NCBI RefSeq assembly: GCF_021028975.2 | Contig: NC_059433.1 | Span: 56,544,001 to 56,608,000 of the forward strand | Length of the DNA: 64,000 nt | Source of the DNA: Sphaerodactylus townsendi | Taxonomy: Eukaryota | Direction: 5' to 3' | Shown here: one piece after another, positions 12,391 to 24,242 of the stretch | Numbering within the stretch: position 1 is the stretch's first letter | Layout of the letters: each line of letters opens with the position of its first letter | Program-made: the position numbers and the translations under genes | Notes under the pieces: generated by a model | What the model saw: only the letters and a program-made list of their open reading frames with translations | The model's database searches: none | Told to the model about the DNA's origin: nothing

Positions 12391-14648
12391 TCTACTCCAT
12401 ATGCTTAATAATGGGATTTATAATTTCACCTTTATAATTGCTTTCCAGTATCCAGTAGTGGTTTTCAGCTCAGTCATGAATTTAAATGTACAATTTGAAA
12501 AATAAATAACTGACAACATCAGAATGAGAAATACTCTCATTTGGCAATACTTTGCTGTTTGGCCTGGAGCAAAGGGTACTGAGTAACAGCTGGCAAGCAC
12601 CACGGTATGAGCTTGATATTCTGTTAGAACAGGAATGCTACCACATACAGCTGTTTCAAAGCCTTACCAGCAAGTCAGTGTCATCAGGGCAATTACACCT
12701 GGACTTAAAGTAAGCACATGTTAAGTATGCTTCACAACATATTGTAGCTTTTCACTTGTCAGCCTTTGCCATATTACTTTGCTTTTTCAGCTTGCTTTTT
12801 TCTGTCCTTTTTAAAATGTAGTGCATCAAAGAAGAATTGTCATTCAATATGAAGCCTTTAGCAAAAATGTAAATGCCGTTTATAAAATTCATAATGATAT
12901 ATAAAAGGTAATAGGGTTTTTTAATTAGGCAACAGCCTTGACAGAATCCAAATGTCACCATCAACTGTTCTTGGACTGTTTTGCTTTCTGTAGAACAATG
13001 AGATGCTACATGAATTAACACTTTCCTAAGGAGAGTTATACTTAAGTCCAATGATGTCAATGGTCTTGGAAGGGAACAACTCTGCATTGGATGTCACTGG
13101 TATGAGTGCTTGAAAGCAAGAAAATTTGAGTGCGATAGGATTATATTTCCTGCCAGAATTCCTGCAGTATTTACCAATGTTTTAAAATTAGTGATGAATT
13201 TGGATGAAAAACTTTGCCAGAATTGCAGAGTTTTGCTTGTTTATGAATATTTGAGCCAAGTTTTCTCCATTGGTGGACTAACCAGATGAGGTTGTTTACA
13301 TCTAGCAGGATGGTGTATGGACACTCTCATTATCTCAACATTGTTAATAATACATCATTTGAAAGCTGCTGTACAAATGCTTCTTTCTAATGTGACTGAT
13401 ATATAAACTCAAACCCAGTGATACATTGAATGTCCTTCAAAACTGGATCATTGCATGGGCATGGCAACAGTAGCTATGCCACCAGCACATTTTTCCTCTG
13501 GGCTAGAGCTGCGTCTGTCATTTGACAGAAAGGTAGGAAATTGTGTAGGCTGGGAATACACATTTAGTGTCCTAGTTCTGAATATCACATATTTCCCCCA
13601 GTTCTTCTGAGATAAACTGATGTCTCTCATGATAGGTAACTTTTGAGAAAGGATAATTTGCTTGTTTGAATGTTTCACTAAAAACAATGCACACAATTCC
13701 CTAGAATAGCTCATCAGTTGAAAGGTTAGGCTACATCTAAGTTGCACAGATATTCATAACAGACTGCCTTAATGTGGACTGGAATTGCATGGGCATGGCA
13801 TGTGGTTGAACAAAAATGTTTAGTTTTTGAAATGGTATGGATACTGTATTATCCCCTTATCTTTTGGTAAGGAATGGACAACTACAGTAATATTCTATTT
13901 CTTAAAACCATTCTTGAAATTTAATTGGCAGTAAAATGATTACTTCTCTGTATTACTTTGGCTACTATTATGTAAAGCAAAGTGTTTATTCTGAGACTCT
14001 CTCTCTGTGTGTGTAGAGCTACAAGAATATTTGTGAGGCCACCAAAATGAAAATGTGCTTTAAAAAAGGACATTCTAAATATTTTCTAGCAATTTGTGTG
14101 ATATTTTCATCATTTATTTCCATATTACGTTTCCAGATTTAATATATTGTGGATTGAACACTCAACTCCACTCAACATTGTGCTCAAACAAGTGGGGAAA
14201 TACTCTTATATCTGTACAACTTCCCATGCTATTCTTAAATCTCCCCCCTGCCCCCCATAACCCTCATGGTACCTTTTCAGGGCTGTGGAAGGCTGTAACA
14301 AGGAAGAGGAGGTGGTAAAGATCCATTCAAGGAGTAGAATTCCCATGACAGTTCTGGGAGCCAAATCTATTTATACTTAAATTGCATTTAAGTATAACAC
14401 AAGTTTAACACAACAGATGCAAGTTTCCAATCCATTTTGATAACATGCCTAGTGCATCATTATGCTTCATTATGCGTGAGATGTTCTTTAATGCCCTTCT
14501 TACTGACACCGGGGAAAAATTTCTTAATGCTTTTTTAATCATATGGAAAAGATTTTTTTTTTTAAAAAAATAAGGTATAGTTTCTAGTTTCTAGTAAAAA
14601 TCCTGTCATAATGGATAAGGTAGGAAAGTTTTTACAGTTGCTTATAAC

Positions 14649-15079
14649 ACAGTCCAATCGGGGGGGTGGGGGTGGGGGGATAATCTTCCTCTGAAGGCAG
14701 CATGCCCTTACACTGGTGGGAATGCCCTCCCCAGGTCACTTGCTCCAGTTGAGAGGCAAATATGCTGATGCAGCCGTCCGCAGTGCCCAGTCTCACATCA
14801 GTGGTCCCACATCATCCCTAGTTATGTTGGTGTAGTGGGGGCAGGGCTGAGTCAGCCTCCAGAGCCTCCAGAGTCTGATTGGCTCCCCTGTGCTGGCGGA
14901 AACACTAGCAGAGATACACCACAATTTTTGTGGCATATCTCTAATTGCCTCCTCTGGGTGAGTTCTTTTAAAAACATTTTGGGCTTCTTCAGGCTGCAGG
15001 AAAACTCTTTGGAGCAGATTGAGTAGCACTAAAGCAGCACCGCCCCCCCCCCCCGCCTCACAGCCCCGGATTGGGTTGT
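14649..15079. mobile_element. Degenerate Harbinger-like MITE (CAGCCCAATC-type TIR)
   Basis: acagtccaatc ... gattgggttgt imperfect TIRs around a GC-richer interior; probably related pieces near 9360-9560, 28440-28755 and 55805-56193. Confidence 0.5.
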
Positions 15080-15228
15080 TATAGAATTTAAACTTTGAGA
15101 CTGTGTTATTATCAAACTCTGTGTTTATACTCTGTTAATACGTCAATAAAGGTATTATTGTTGTTGTTTGAAAATAGTTTTATCTGAGTATTCAGTAATG
15201 TATTCAGTAATGAAAAGAAACAATCTTC

Positions 15229-15832
15229 TGTCATAGGCAAGTGAACAGCTGCAGACTGCAGAGAAAAGTGTGTTGTTTTAAAGTCCAGGTATGTCAGGAG
15301 GCATTATTGTTGCATTCAGAGTGAGGCATAGGAACAGGGAAGTCACCTGATTGGTTGACACAACCCTGCACTCTGATTGGTTACAGAAGACTTGATGTCA
15401 CTGAGAGGAAAGAGGTTATCTCCCTATGTAAAACTACATTAGAGGCTTTTGGAGTTAGACATCCCTGAAGTGAACAGCTATCTGGCTTTACTGTACTTGG
15501 CAAATAACCTCTCTGAAAAAAGTAGTTCAGTCAGTGAAGTAAATCTGTCTGATTCTACTGTGTGCTGTGGTTTAAATAAATATATACAGACTGGAGGCAA
15601 CTGGTGATTATGTTGAGGATACCAGGCTGAGGGGCATATATATAACCAGCGGAAATATATCTTCCAGGAAAAGGGAAGAAGAATCCCAAATACCAGTTAG
15701 TCTGGGGTACTGGGTTTTGCTTTGAGTTTCCTCTAAAGAGAATGTCTTATGTTTATTTTGCGGGTTTTGTATCTGTGAGGGCTGAGTGAGATTACTTAAT
15801 GTTCCAAGCCTAATAGAAACCTGTGTGTGACA
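15229..15832 (+). mobile_element. Probable old solo LTR
   Basis: TGTCA...TGACA termini, two CTGATTGG (CCAAT) boxes, AATAAA; shares gactgcagagaaaa and ctgattgg...cttgatg with 40038-41022. No TSD recognisable. Confidence 0.45.
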
Positions 15833-16409
15833 GAAGTGATCAATTGGCCAGACTAACATATTATATAAGGCTGTACTATCTAAGTAACTGTACTATACTC
15901 TGTTCAGGATAAAGATGACAGGAGATTTGTGAATTCATCTGCCATTTCCTGGACCGTGTTTGTTGTAGAATGCTCCACTTGGTTCCTAATGCCTGCCTAG
16001 TTCTGTCCCCAAGGTACTAGGACCCAAACAGAGCGTTCTAGAACAAAGATGGTTCAGTTAATAGTGGCTGAATTTACAAATCTCCTGTCATATTTATCCT
16101 GAACAGGGTCATCTGCAGAACATTTAAGGTTACTGAAACTAACCTAACTTATATGAGCCTGTGCCTGAAAACAAATAATACTTACCTGCCAAAAATCTCT
16201 GTTGTAAATATACATTTCTGCTGCCTTATCCATTCCTTTCTCCAAGTTGTTCACCCATCTTCTTTCTTTTTAAATAAATCTTTTATTTTGTTTAAGTTAT
16301 CTCTGCCTGTCATGTTCCTGATAGTCCTGCCATTTGTTGCTTGTTTTGTCCCCTGAGCAAGCCTCCTGTTGAGAGTCTGGGAACTGCTTAAATAATGACA
16401 TCAGTCTTT

Positions 16410-16930
16410 GGCTGTTTCTGCACAGCTCAAAAACAGTGCCTTAGGGACTGTAAAAACACAGTTCCTTGGGTGCTGTTTGCACAGCAGCAGAACAGCAGTG
16501 CCATGCTCAACCCCCCCCCCAAAATGACGTGAACATGTTGCTTTCAAAATACGCTCCATGAGCATGTTTTTTTGGAAAGCGGCATCTTCCCGCTGGCACC
16601 GTGCGAAAGTGTGAGGTCGCAGCTTTCAGGTGCTGCTTGTTTGCATCTTTTGTTTACCTTGTCTTCCCTCTGAGGCTCTGGAGGAAGAAGGGATACGCCC
16701 ACACTGCCCTCTGACCCCCGTGGATTAGAGGGCAGCACAGGCATGTCTCTTCCTCCATCTGGAGCCTCGAAGACAAGGGAAACAAAACATGCAGACTGGA
16801 GGTGGAGCTGCCTCCACGGTTCGCAGCAGCTTCGAGGTTGTCCACATAAGATTGTGCGAACAGTCCTGTGGCTCCACCGGCATTAATTATGCTGGTGGAC
16901 AGCTGCTTCTGCCGCTGTGCAGAAACAGCC
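16410..16930. mobile_element. PIF/Harbinger-like MITE
   Basis: Perfect 17-bp TIR GGCTGTTTCTGCACAGC / GCTGTGCAGAAACAGCC; internal palindrome 16652-16793. Confidence 0.85.
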
Positions 16931-18011
16931 TATGTGTTTGGCTATCTTGTTCTTTCCCAAAGGTTTTACCATATTTTCTGAATATAGTTTCTCTTCCCCA
17001 TCCCTGGGCTTCCAGGGTACATTCCAGCCTCTGTAGTTAGAGATAATGTTGCTTACTGTCTGAACCTCGTTAATAAAATAAAACGTTTTATAGCTGCAAG
17101 AAAAACAAAAATTCTTACAAAAAAGGCATTCCCCATGTAAAAGGTGTGGTGGCACAGAAGCGGTGCTGTCCCTGGCTGCCACACATTGTGGATTGGGCTG
17201 CTTGAGGCCTTGAAGTGCCAGAAAGACTTCAGGAACAATTTCCTGAGACTTCAGAAAAAGCTTAATTGACCTGACCTGGTCACTAGGAAGAAAAATATAA
17301 TAAAACTTCTGGGAGCAAGAGGAAGGTCTCTTTTGTGCTGATTCCATCAAGGCAGACAGAACTCTTACCTGAAGTCTGTTTGAGAAGGCCATTGCCACGT
17401 ACTAACCCACACTGAGCAGAAGCTTTAAGATAATGGGGACCCATTAGAACAACTAATCTTTTAAGCTAAAGAGCCTGCCATAGGTTGGCATGTGCTAGGG
17501 CATGTACCGAGGGAAGGCCGGAAGAACTACATTTTACCTTTTTCTTCTGAATCCCTTGCTTGTAGATATCTCTTCCATCTATACTAATGTCATTGTGGAA
17601 GAGGTCAGAGCCATTATTATTGATTTACTGAATACCAGATTCGATCTACATCCTCCCACAACTTTTGTTGCTCAATTGTTAGATATTATTTTTGAATTTA
17701 ATAATTCTAGCTTTGAGGACCAATTTTATTTATAGAAATTCAGTGTGGCAATGGGAGCTATCTGTTCTCCATCTGTAGCCATCTGTATTTTATGATTCCT
17801 TGGGAAAATAAATTTATTTTTGATAGACACAAGGACCCCTTTTTTGAAGATATTTTTTGTGTTCAAACTACATAGATGACTTGTTCATCATTATGAAATC
17901 TGAGATTAAGGCCCAACAGTTTCTTACTTGGATCAATGAACAATGTCAGTATATACAACTGGCAGGCAAAATTGATAAACACATAGTTTTCTGGATCTTT
18001 AGGTTTTTATC

Positions 18012-18056
18012 TCTCAGAGTGAGCCCTTCGGGGGTAGAGCGGTCCATCAAATTGAA

Positions 18057-18099
<43 letters not shown>

Positions 18100-18104
18100 A
18101 AACG

Positions 18105-18136
<32 letters not shown>

Positions 18137-18142
18137 AATACA
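18012..18142 (+). mobile_element. L2 3' tail with (TAAA)n/(CAA)n microsatellite, inside the Penelope-like element
   Basis: gagcccttcgggggtagagcggt stem-loop shared with 29052 and 45820, followed by simple repeats. Confidence 0.75.
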
Positions 18143-18244
18143 ATTCAGGTGAGACTTTTCAGGAAAAGCACAGATCATAATTCCTTTCTTAAGTCACACC
18201 ATCCTTTACACTTATGTAAAACTTATATTTTAGCTAGTCCCTTA

Positions 18245-18385
18245 GGCTCATTCTGCACATGCAGAATAATGCACTTTCAAACTGCTTTCAGTGCTCTTTG
18301 AAGCTGTGCGGAATAGCAAAATCCACTTGCAAACAGTTGCGAAAGTGGTTTGAAAACACATTATTTTGCATGTGAGGAAGGGGCT
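18245..18385. mobile_element. Short Harbinger-like MITE
   Basis: Imperfect ~27-bp TIR ggctcattctgcacatgcagaataatg / cattattttgcatgtgaggaaggggct. Confidence 0.7.
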
Positions 18386-20844
18386 CTTGACTTAAAAGGA
18401 CTGCCACCTCAATGGAGGATTATAAAAAAGCTATCACATTTGCTTTCTGCACAGCTTATAAAATGTGGGTATCCAGAGGATTTCATTTTTACAACCAGAA
18501 GCAGAGTATTTAACACAATAATTATTTAAATCCAAAGAATCTACTAGAAGTTCTCACCTCTTTTGGGCACTAGTTTATAACTGATTGTCTTATGATATGA
18601 AGAAAATTCTACATAAGCACTGGCATATATACTGTACAGTCCATACTGACCTTACTCTTAAAATACTCTTACTATAACTTGTCTCACAGAAAGAAAGAAC
18701 CTCAATGTTGAATTAACCCACAGCCACTTCCTGGACCTTCTTTGTATTGAAAGGATGGGGTAGCCATCTTAGAGAACCAGGAAAAATGACAAAATTGAAA
18801 GGCTTGAGTTTAAAAAAACTCACAAAGAAATTCCAGAGATACAGATGATTTTTATCCAAGGCAGCCATTTTAATATTGGACTTTTTTTTTCTACAGCAGA
18901 AACACTCTACTTTCACTTCCTTTGAACAAGGCAGACCCACGTTTTTATCTTTGATGAAACAGAGTATAGTCCATCCACAATAAAGGAACATTATAAATGT
19001 GGTAGGCATTCTGTTTGTAATTTTTTGCACAACCACAAAAATGTTTGTGCAGTCATTTGCAGGTTGTTCTTATGAATTTAAACATTTCAGTAACTGTGAC
19101 TTGGGACATATTGTTTATTTAATGCAGTGCATTTTTTAAAAAAATGTGCGGATCTAGTTTAAGAACGATAAAACAAAGAATTTGTGAACACTGATCCAGG
19201 GTGAAGAACCACATTATACATGCCTTGCTTGTTTAACGCTTCTGTCAAGCTGGCCATTTTGAGAGTGACTTAATTTTTCACGCTGTGGACTCTGAATGCT
19301 AGTAAATATGACTAGATAGATTCAAAAAGAATTCTTGTGTAACCAGAAGTGAGGTTTATATACTGGTTTGACTCCCTTGAACCAATCAGGCTTAATTCAC
19401 AAATAGCACTTGGTTGTTTCCTGTAATCTTAACAGATAATTCTTTGCATTAGTACTTAGTATAAATATTTCCACTTGTTAAGATGATAATTAGAACCTGT
19501 ACCTTTAATAACTCAACTTCTATTGTTAATAGTCTTTCGTATGTGTGTTGGTTATTGTGTTAGTTCATATATCGTGCTCTCTTCACTTTAACACTTCATT
19601 AAATAGCGTTTTGCACTTTAATTAGTTTTTAAATCAGTACCACTAGGGTATAGTGATTTGTTTTTGAAGTCATGGTTACACTGTACTCTACCTGTGGATC
19701 CTTTAAATAACTCAGACATAGCGTTGACTTTATCTGGATGCCACAGTACCACTTTGGTGAGCGGTGAGTTCTAGTATGATGCAGATAACAACAGATGCAT
19801 AGCAAGTGTTGAGGGTAAGTAAGCCTTCATGGAAACATTTAATACAGTGCTGTTTTGAATGTGTATAGCTTACCACTTAATTACCATATTCGTTTTATTT
19901 CAGCATAGCAGGTCTTACTATAAAGAAGAGTTTCTCCTGGGAAGCAAGCCAAACCTGCACTTATTAGTTATCCTCCCTGAGGAAGCTGATTAGCGAAACA
20001 GATGTGAAAGCTAGCACTTCTGTGATGATGCTTGATGAGTTATGCTGGTGCATTACTTTGTTAAGTGTTTATTTGTATTGTGACTATCACTTTAAATTGT
20101 AAGGGAAATCCCCCTTGAAATAGTGTATTATAAGGAACTAATGTTCCCGGTTGAAATAGTGTATATTTTTACTGATGATTGTTCTCTTCCTTGTCTTTCT
20201 ATAGCACTGTATGGGAAATGTTTTGTTTGGTAATATGCTACAAGCATGAAGTGTTTTGAACACAGACTTTTTTTACCATGTGTTTTCTTATTGTAACCTT
20301 GTTATTAAAGCCCGGTGTGGTAATTTGGTGTTTTGTTTTCACCTGTGACAAAATCTTTTTCACCATAGTTTAATTTTGACCCATTTCTTCATGGCTTTCA
20401 TTAGAGGTAGAAACTTTAGGCAGTTGCTGGGAGCCCAGATGCCTTGGAGTGCACAGTGGAATAGGGCCTGAAGGTCAGAGTAGGACTGTTCTGCCACACA
20501 GGGCTAGACATTTTCTTACACAATTATATTTCACAACAGCAAATTTCACCATTCCGTTTGACACAGACTCACTGGATTCATTGGAAGAGTTCCACATGTA
20601 CTAGGGTCCATGTATAGAAGGAAGTATTTTAAAAACTCACACTAATTCCTTGGTTTTGTTAAACATAGCATATCCCATGATGTTGTATAAGGACAAAAAT
20701 ACTAGGTATTGTGCAACACCTTGCTTAAGCAGAACTATGCTAAGTTGGTGTTCATTTTTGCTTGCTTATCACTGTATCCAAGTCAGAACTTCTACAGAAC
20801 TCTTTGCAGCAATTGCTCATGTCATTGTTCCTTGGGAATAATTT

Positions 20845-21022
20845 CAAAGGGATAGATGTGTCAGTCTCTTATAGGAAAATTAAAAGCCCAAGAGCCCTTA
20901 AAGATTAACATTTATTCCAACATAAGGTTTCATGAATCAGAGCTCACTTTCATAAAACCTTTGGATAGAATAAATTTTGTTAGTTTTTAATAAAGTGCTA
21001 CTTGGCTGCTGTTCAGTTTTGC
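20845..21022. mobile_element. Inverted Penelope pseudo-LTR remnants
   Basis: cccttaaagattaacatttattcc faces gaataaattttgttagttttt...gtgctac; typical inverted pLTR junction of reptile PLEs; the ribozyme core is deleted. Confidence 0.55.
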
Positions 21023-22631
21023 TCTGTGGTAAGAGATTTCAAGTACTTCCAATGACAGTGAAGAGACAAATCTTTAAATATTGGTAAATACTCAAATAGC
21101 AACATCTCCACACACAAGTAATTTATTTATGATGCATTTTATTGACATTAATATTTGCTTCTAGTTTGAACCTGGGTTGCCTACTGAAAAACCATGTTAG
21201 CATACCCGCTCTAGAAACAATCATGATGGTATAATACTCTTGCACCAAATTCTGTCAAAATGATTCCCATGATCACTTGTTGACTCCTTTTTTAATAGAA
21301 TTAGTTTGAGTGGGAAATGAAGTTTTACCTTAACAAAACAGAGAACATTATCTAATTGTTAGTGCTGGCATGTTTATAAATTATGGAACCGAAAGACAGT
21401 ACATTATGAATGCAATTATGATTTCCTATGGATTCAAGACAAGAAAATTAGAATGCAGCTACGACCATTTGAGTAATTACATCTGATCTGTGTTATTTAT
21501 TAGTTATTACATGCTCAAGTGATTCAAGGTTGTACATTGCCTAATTTCATTGTAAAACAAACGTACTGTAATTTTAGGCATTTTACAATATTTTGGGATT
21601 GGATTAACAAAATGTCTCTATTTCTCATGTGAAATAGAGGCCAACTGATTATCAATGAGATCAGTACAACAGTTCTGAGACTTTGCGACAGAAAGCAAAG
21701 TTAAGACAAGAAACCTACTGCTATAATCGTCCTCAAACATAGAAAGATGGCTTGCCTGACTGTACTCATTGCCTAGGGCAAGCAGGCTAAGAAAATGGAG
21801 ATGTAAGTTGCCTAAGATATTGTCTGATGCTTATTTGCCTTGGATAGAGGGATGACTAAAGTCCAAAACTAGACTGTTGTTAATCAACATTCATTGGGAC
21901 ATTCATAGGTTAATCCCATCACCATGCCTGTTCAAGAAACAGATGGAAGAATCTGAAATTATTGGGACTCAGATGATTGTTCTTTCATTTGTAGAAAGGT
22001 GTATTCTGAGAACCTTGATACCAGCATTGGTTGTATTTAATTACCAATTATTTAATATTTAGTTTTGGTCTCTCTCAATCACTATTCTATTCTTCAGCTT
22101 GTAGTTACTTAGGAGGCACTGAAACTGCCTCGTTTCTACTAATTCCTACTAAAAAAAATCATCACGCAGATCCTTTGACTTCATAACTGAAGCATTTTTG
22201 GTAACTTCAAATTTTGGTTTTCTTTCTCTATTTTAATTCCCCATTGTTTTTTAGGGGATACGTTCTTTGACCACCAAAGACATCCATTTCCAAATTGTGG
22301 CCACATTCTAGTACCCAGCACATTATCTAGAACTGTACTTGTGCAGTGGGTTTCCCTCTAAAAGCAGGGGAATTATGTGTGCATGTAACATAGCATGTTC
22401 AGAAAGCACATAAAAGTATAGGAATGTCCTTGTATACATCAGACTTTGGATTATAATCTGGGCATCCTTATTTAGTCACCATATTGGGGACTAAATAATG
22501 TTTTACTTGAACAGCTTCTTCTTGCATGACTAGAGAAACAGGGAAGTACCTTTTTCTCTTTTGGTCTCAGATCAACATATGAACTACAGAGTATTTTTTT
22601 TTCTCCAAGGGGGAAAAAAAGCTGATTTGAC

Positions 22632-22637
22632 TTTATT
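22632..22637 (-). terminator. Candidate TOX polyadenylation signal AATAAA
   Basis: Plus-strand TTTATT, followed on the minus strand by a U-rich tract. A second AATAAA lies at 22759-22764. Confidence 0.45.
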
Positions 22638-23181
22638 CATATCACGGTAAAAACTAAAAGTATTCACACCAGCAGCAAATACATTGATGCCAACAAAATT
22701 AGTTTTTTTAAAAAAATTATTTTTAAGATGCTAACAAATTTACTTACAAACACCTATATTTATTAATTCATAAATAGGCGCAACAGCTTCCATAAAAAAA
22801 AGATTAAATACAGACACAGTATGAAGAAACAATAATACATAGCCATATGTAAAGGTTATAATATAGCTGTTTCCAATCTGTTTCTGCATCTAATAAAATA
22901 TCAAGAAAGCATTTGGCAGTTTTATACATAAGAGGACGTAAATGACATTTACTAACCGTTACACATAAAGTGATAAAAAAGCAGTTTTAGGCAGTACAAA
23001 ATAAACATGTTTGCTCTTTTCTCAACGCTAACATTTTTTGTATAATCAATGACACAAAGCCAATTTCTGCTTAATTAAACTCATTTGGGAATATTTTTCC
23101 TTTTTTTCTTCAAAGAGTTTGAAAATATAGACTATTGGTCAGTTGCTTAAAAATGAAGTAAAAATATGAATGCTTGCCAAT

Positions 23182-23441
23182 NNNNNNNNNNNNNNNNNNN
23201 NNNNNNNNNNNNNNNNNNNNNNNNNNNNNNNNNNNNNNNNNNNNNNNNNNNNNNNNNNNNNNNNNNNNNNNNNNNNNNNNNNNNNNNNNNNNNNNNNNNN
23301 NNNNNNNNNNNNNNNNNNNNNNNNNNNNNNNNNNNNNNNNNNNNNNNNNNNNNNNNNNNNNNNNNNNNNNNNNNNNNNNNNNNNNNNNNNNNNNNNNNNN
23401 NNNNNNNNNNNNNNNNNNNNNNNNNNNNNNNNNNNNNNNNN
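23182..23441. other. Assembly gap within the TOX 3' UTR
   Basis: Run of N. Confidence 1.
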
Positions 23442-23742
23442 GCAAAAATAAAAACCAACATAAAATTTGAATGGTCCAAGCCTCCTTCCTTAAAGAAAGA
23501 AGAAAAGCAATCTCCATTAAAGAATGTTGGAGGAGAAAGTAAAAGAAGGAAGGGGGCAGAAGAAGGAGCAAGACTAAACTTTTTCCCAGAGTGAATGACC
23601 CACCAGCTCAAATAGTCCTAAGTGCTTAGCAACTTATATTCTCTAAATAAATGCAGAACTGCCTTGACTGCATAAAGCAATCATGATGAGAAGACTTCCC
23701 TGCATTCCTCAGTGGAAAGGAAGGTGCTTTCCCCAAACATGT

Positions 23743-23779
23743 TCAGGTGAGGTACAAGGCTTTGTCCCTCTGCATGGCC
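23743..23779 (-). CDS. TOX: TOX last coding exon (exon 9 equivalent) with stop codon
   Basis: Acceptor cttgtctatag|G completes the Gly codon, then AMQRDKALYLT-TGA, matching the TOX C-terminus. The five exons total 888 nt in frame. Confidence 0.95.
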
Positions 23780-24242
23780 CTATAGACAAGGGGTAAATAA
23801 AAAGAGAGAGAGAGAGAGCAAAAGTTAGCATTAATCAAAATCTGATATGAATGGAGGTGGATATTTAACTCTTGAAAACAGTATGCTCCTATCTCCAGAA
23901 GTGAAATGTGATATTATTTATTACAGTATTCATGTCCCACTTCTTCATCACAGTGGGTTTTCCTAAGCAGCTTACTTGAAAGACTAAAATAAAATCAAGT
24001 ATATGTTAAACATTTACTATTTTGCAACACATTGACTCAATAGAATAGTATTCAACAAAAACAGCCAGATAAAACAATACAGTCCAAACAGCATCAGGGT
24101 AAGGGGACATTCAGATCTAATTAAGCAAAACAAAACACTCTCCTAAGACAGGATGACCAGTTTCCCACCAACATGACTGGATTTGACCCCTTCTGACTAG
24201 GTGTCAGATGAGGCTGTTTTTCTTATCATAGAGATAATGGGT

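Larger units (their letters stand above)
17250..20010 (+). mobile_element. Decayed Penelope-like element (Neptune type): RT, GIY-YIG remnant and 3' pseudo-LTR
   Basis: DISSIYTNV, FEDQFYL*..VAMGAICSPSVA, YIDDLFII and FRKSTDHNSFL (PLE RT motifs); FSNCDLGHIVYLMQC near 19080 and EVRFIYWFDSLEPIRLN near 19350 (GIY-YIG region); hammerhead-like core near 19977. Confidence 0.8.
22615..23742 (-). other. TOX: TOX 3' UTR (approximate; spans the second N gap)
   Basis: AU-rich sequence after the stop with no recognisable TE. Distal end inferred from a polyA signal; true length uncertain because of the gap. Confidence 0.6.

Noticed and set aside
20900-20960. Third hammerhead ribozyme
   Set aside because: On the minus strand only stem II and a GAAA remnant remain; the CUGANGA box is lost at the inversion junction.
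11582-23611. ORFs containing long X runs
   Set aside because: Artefacts of the two N gaps.
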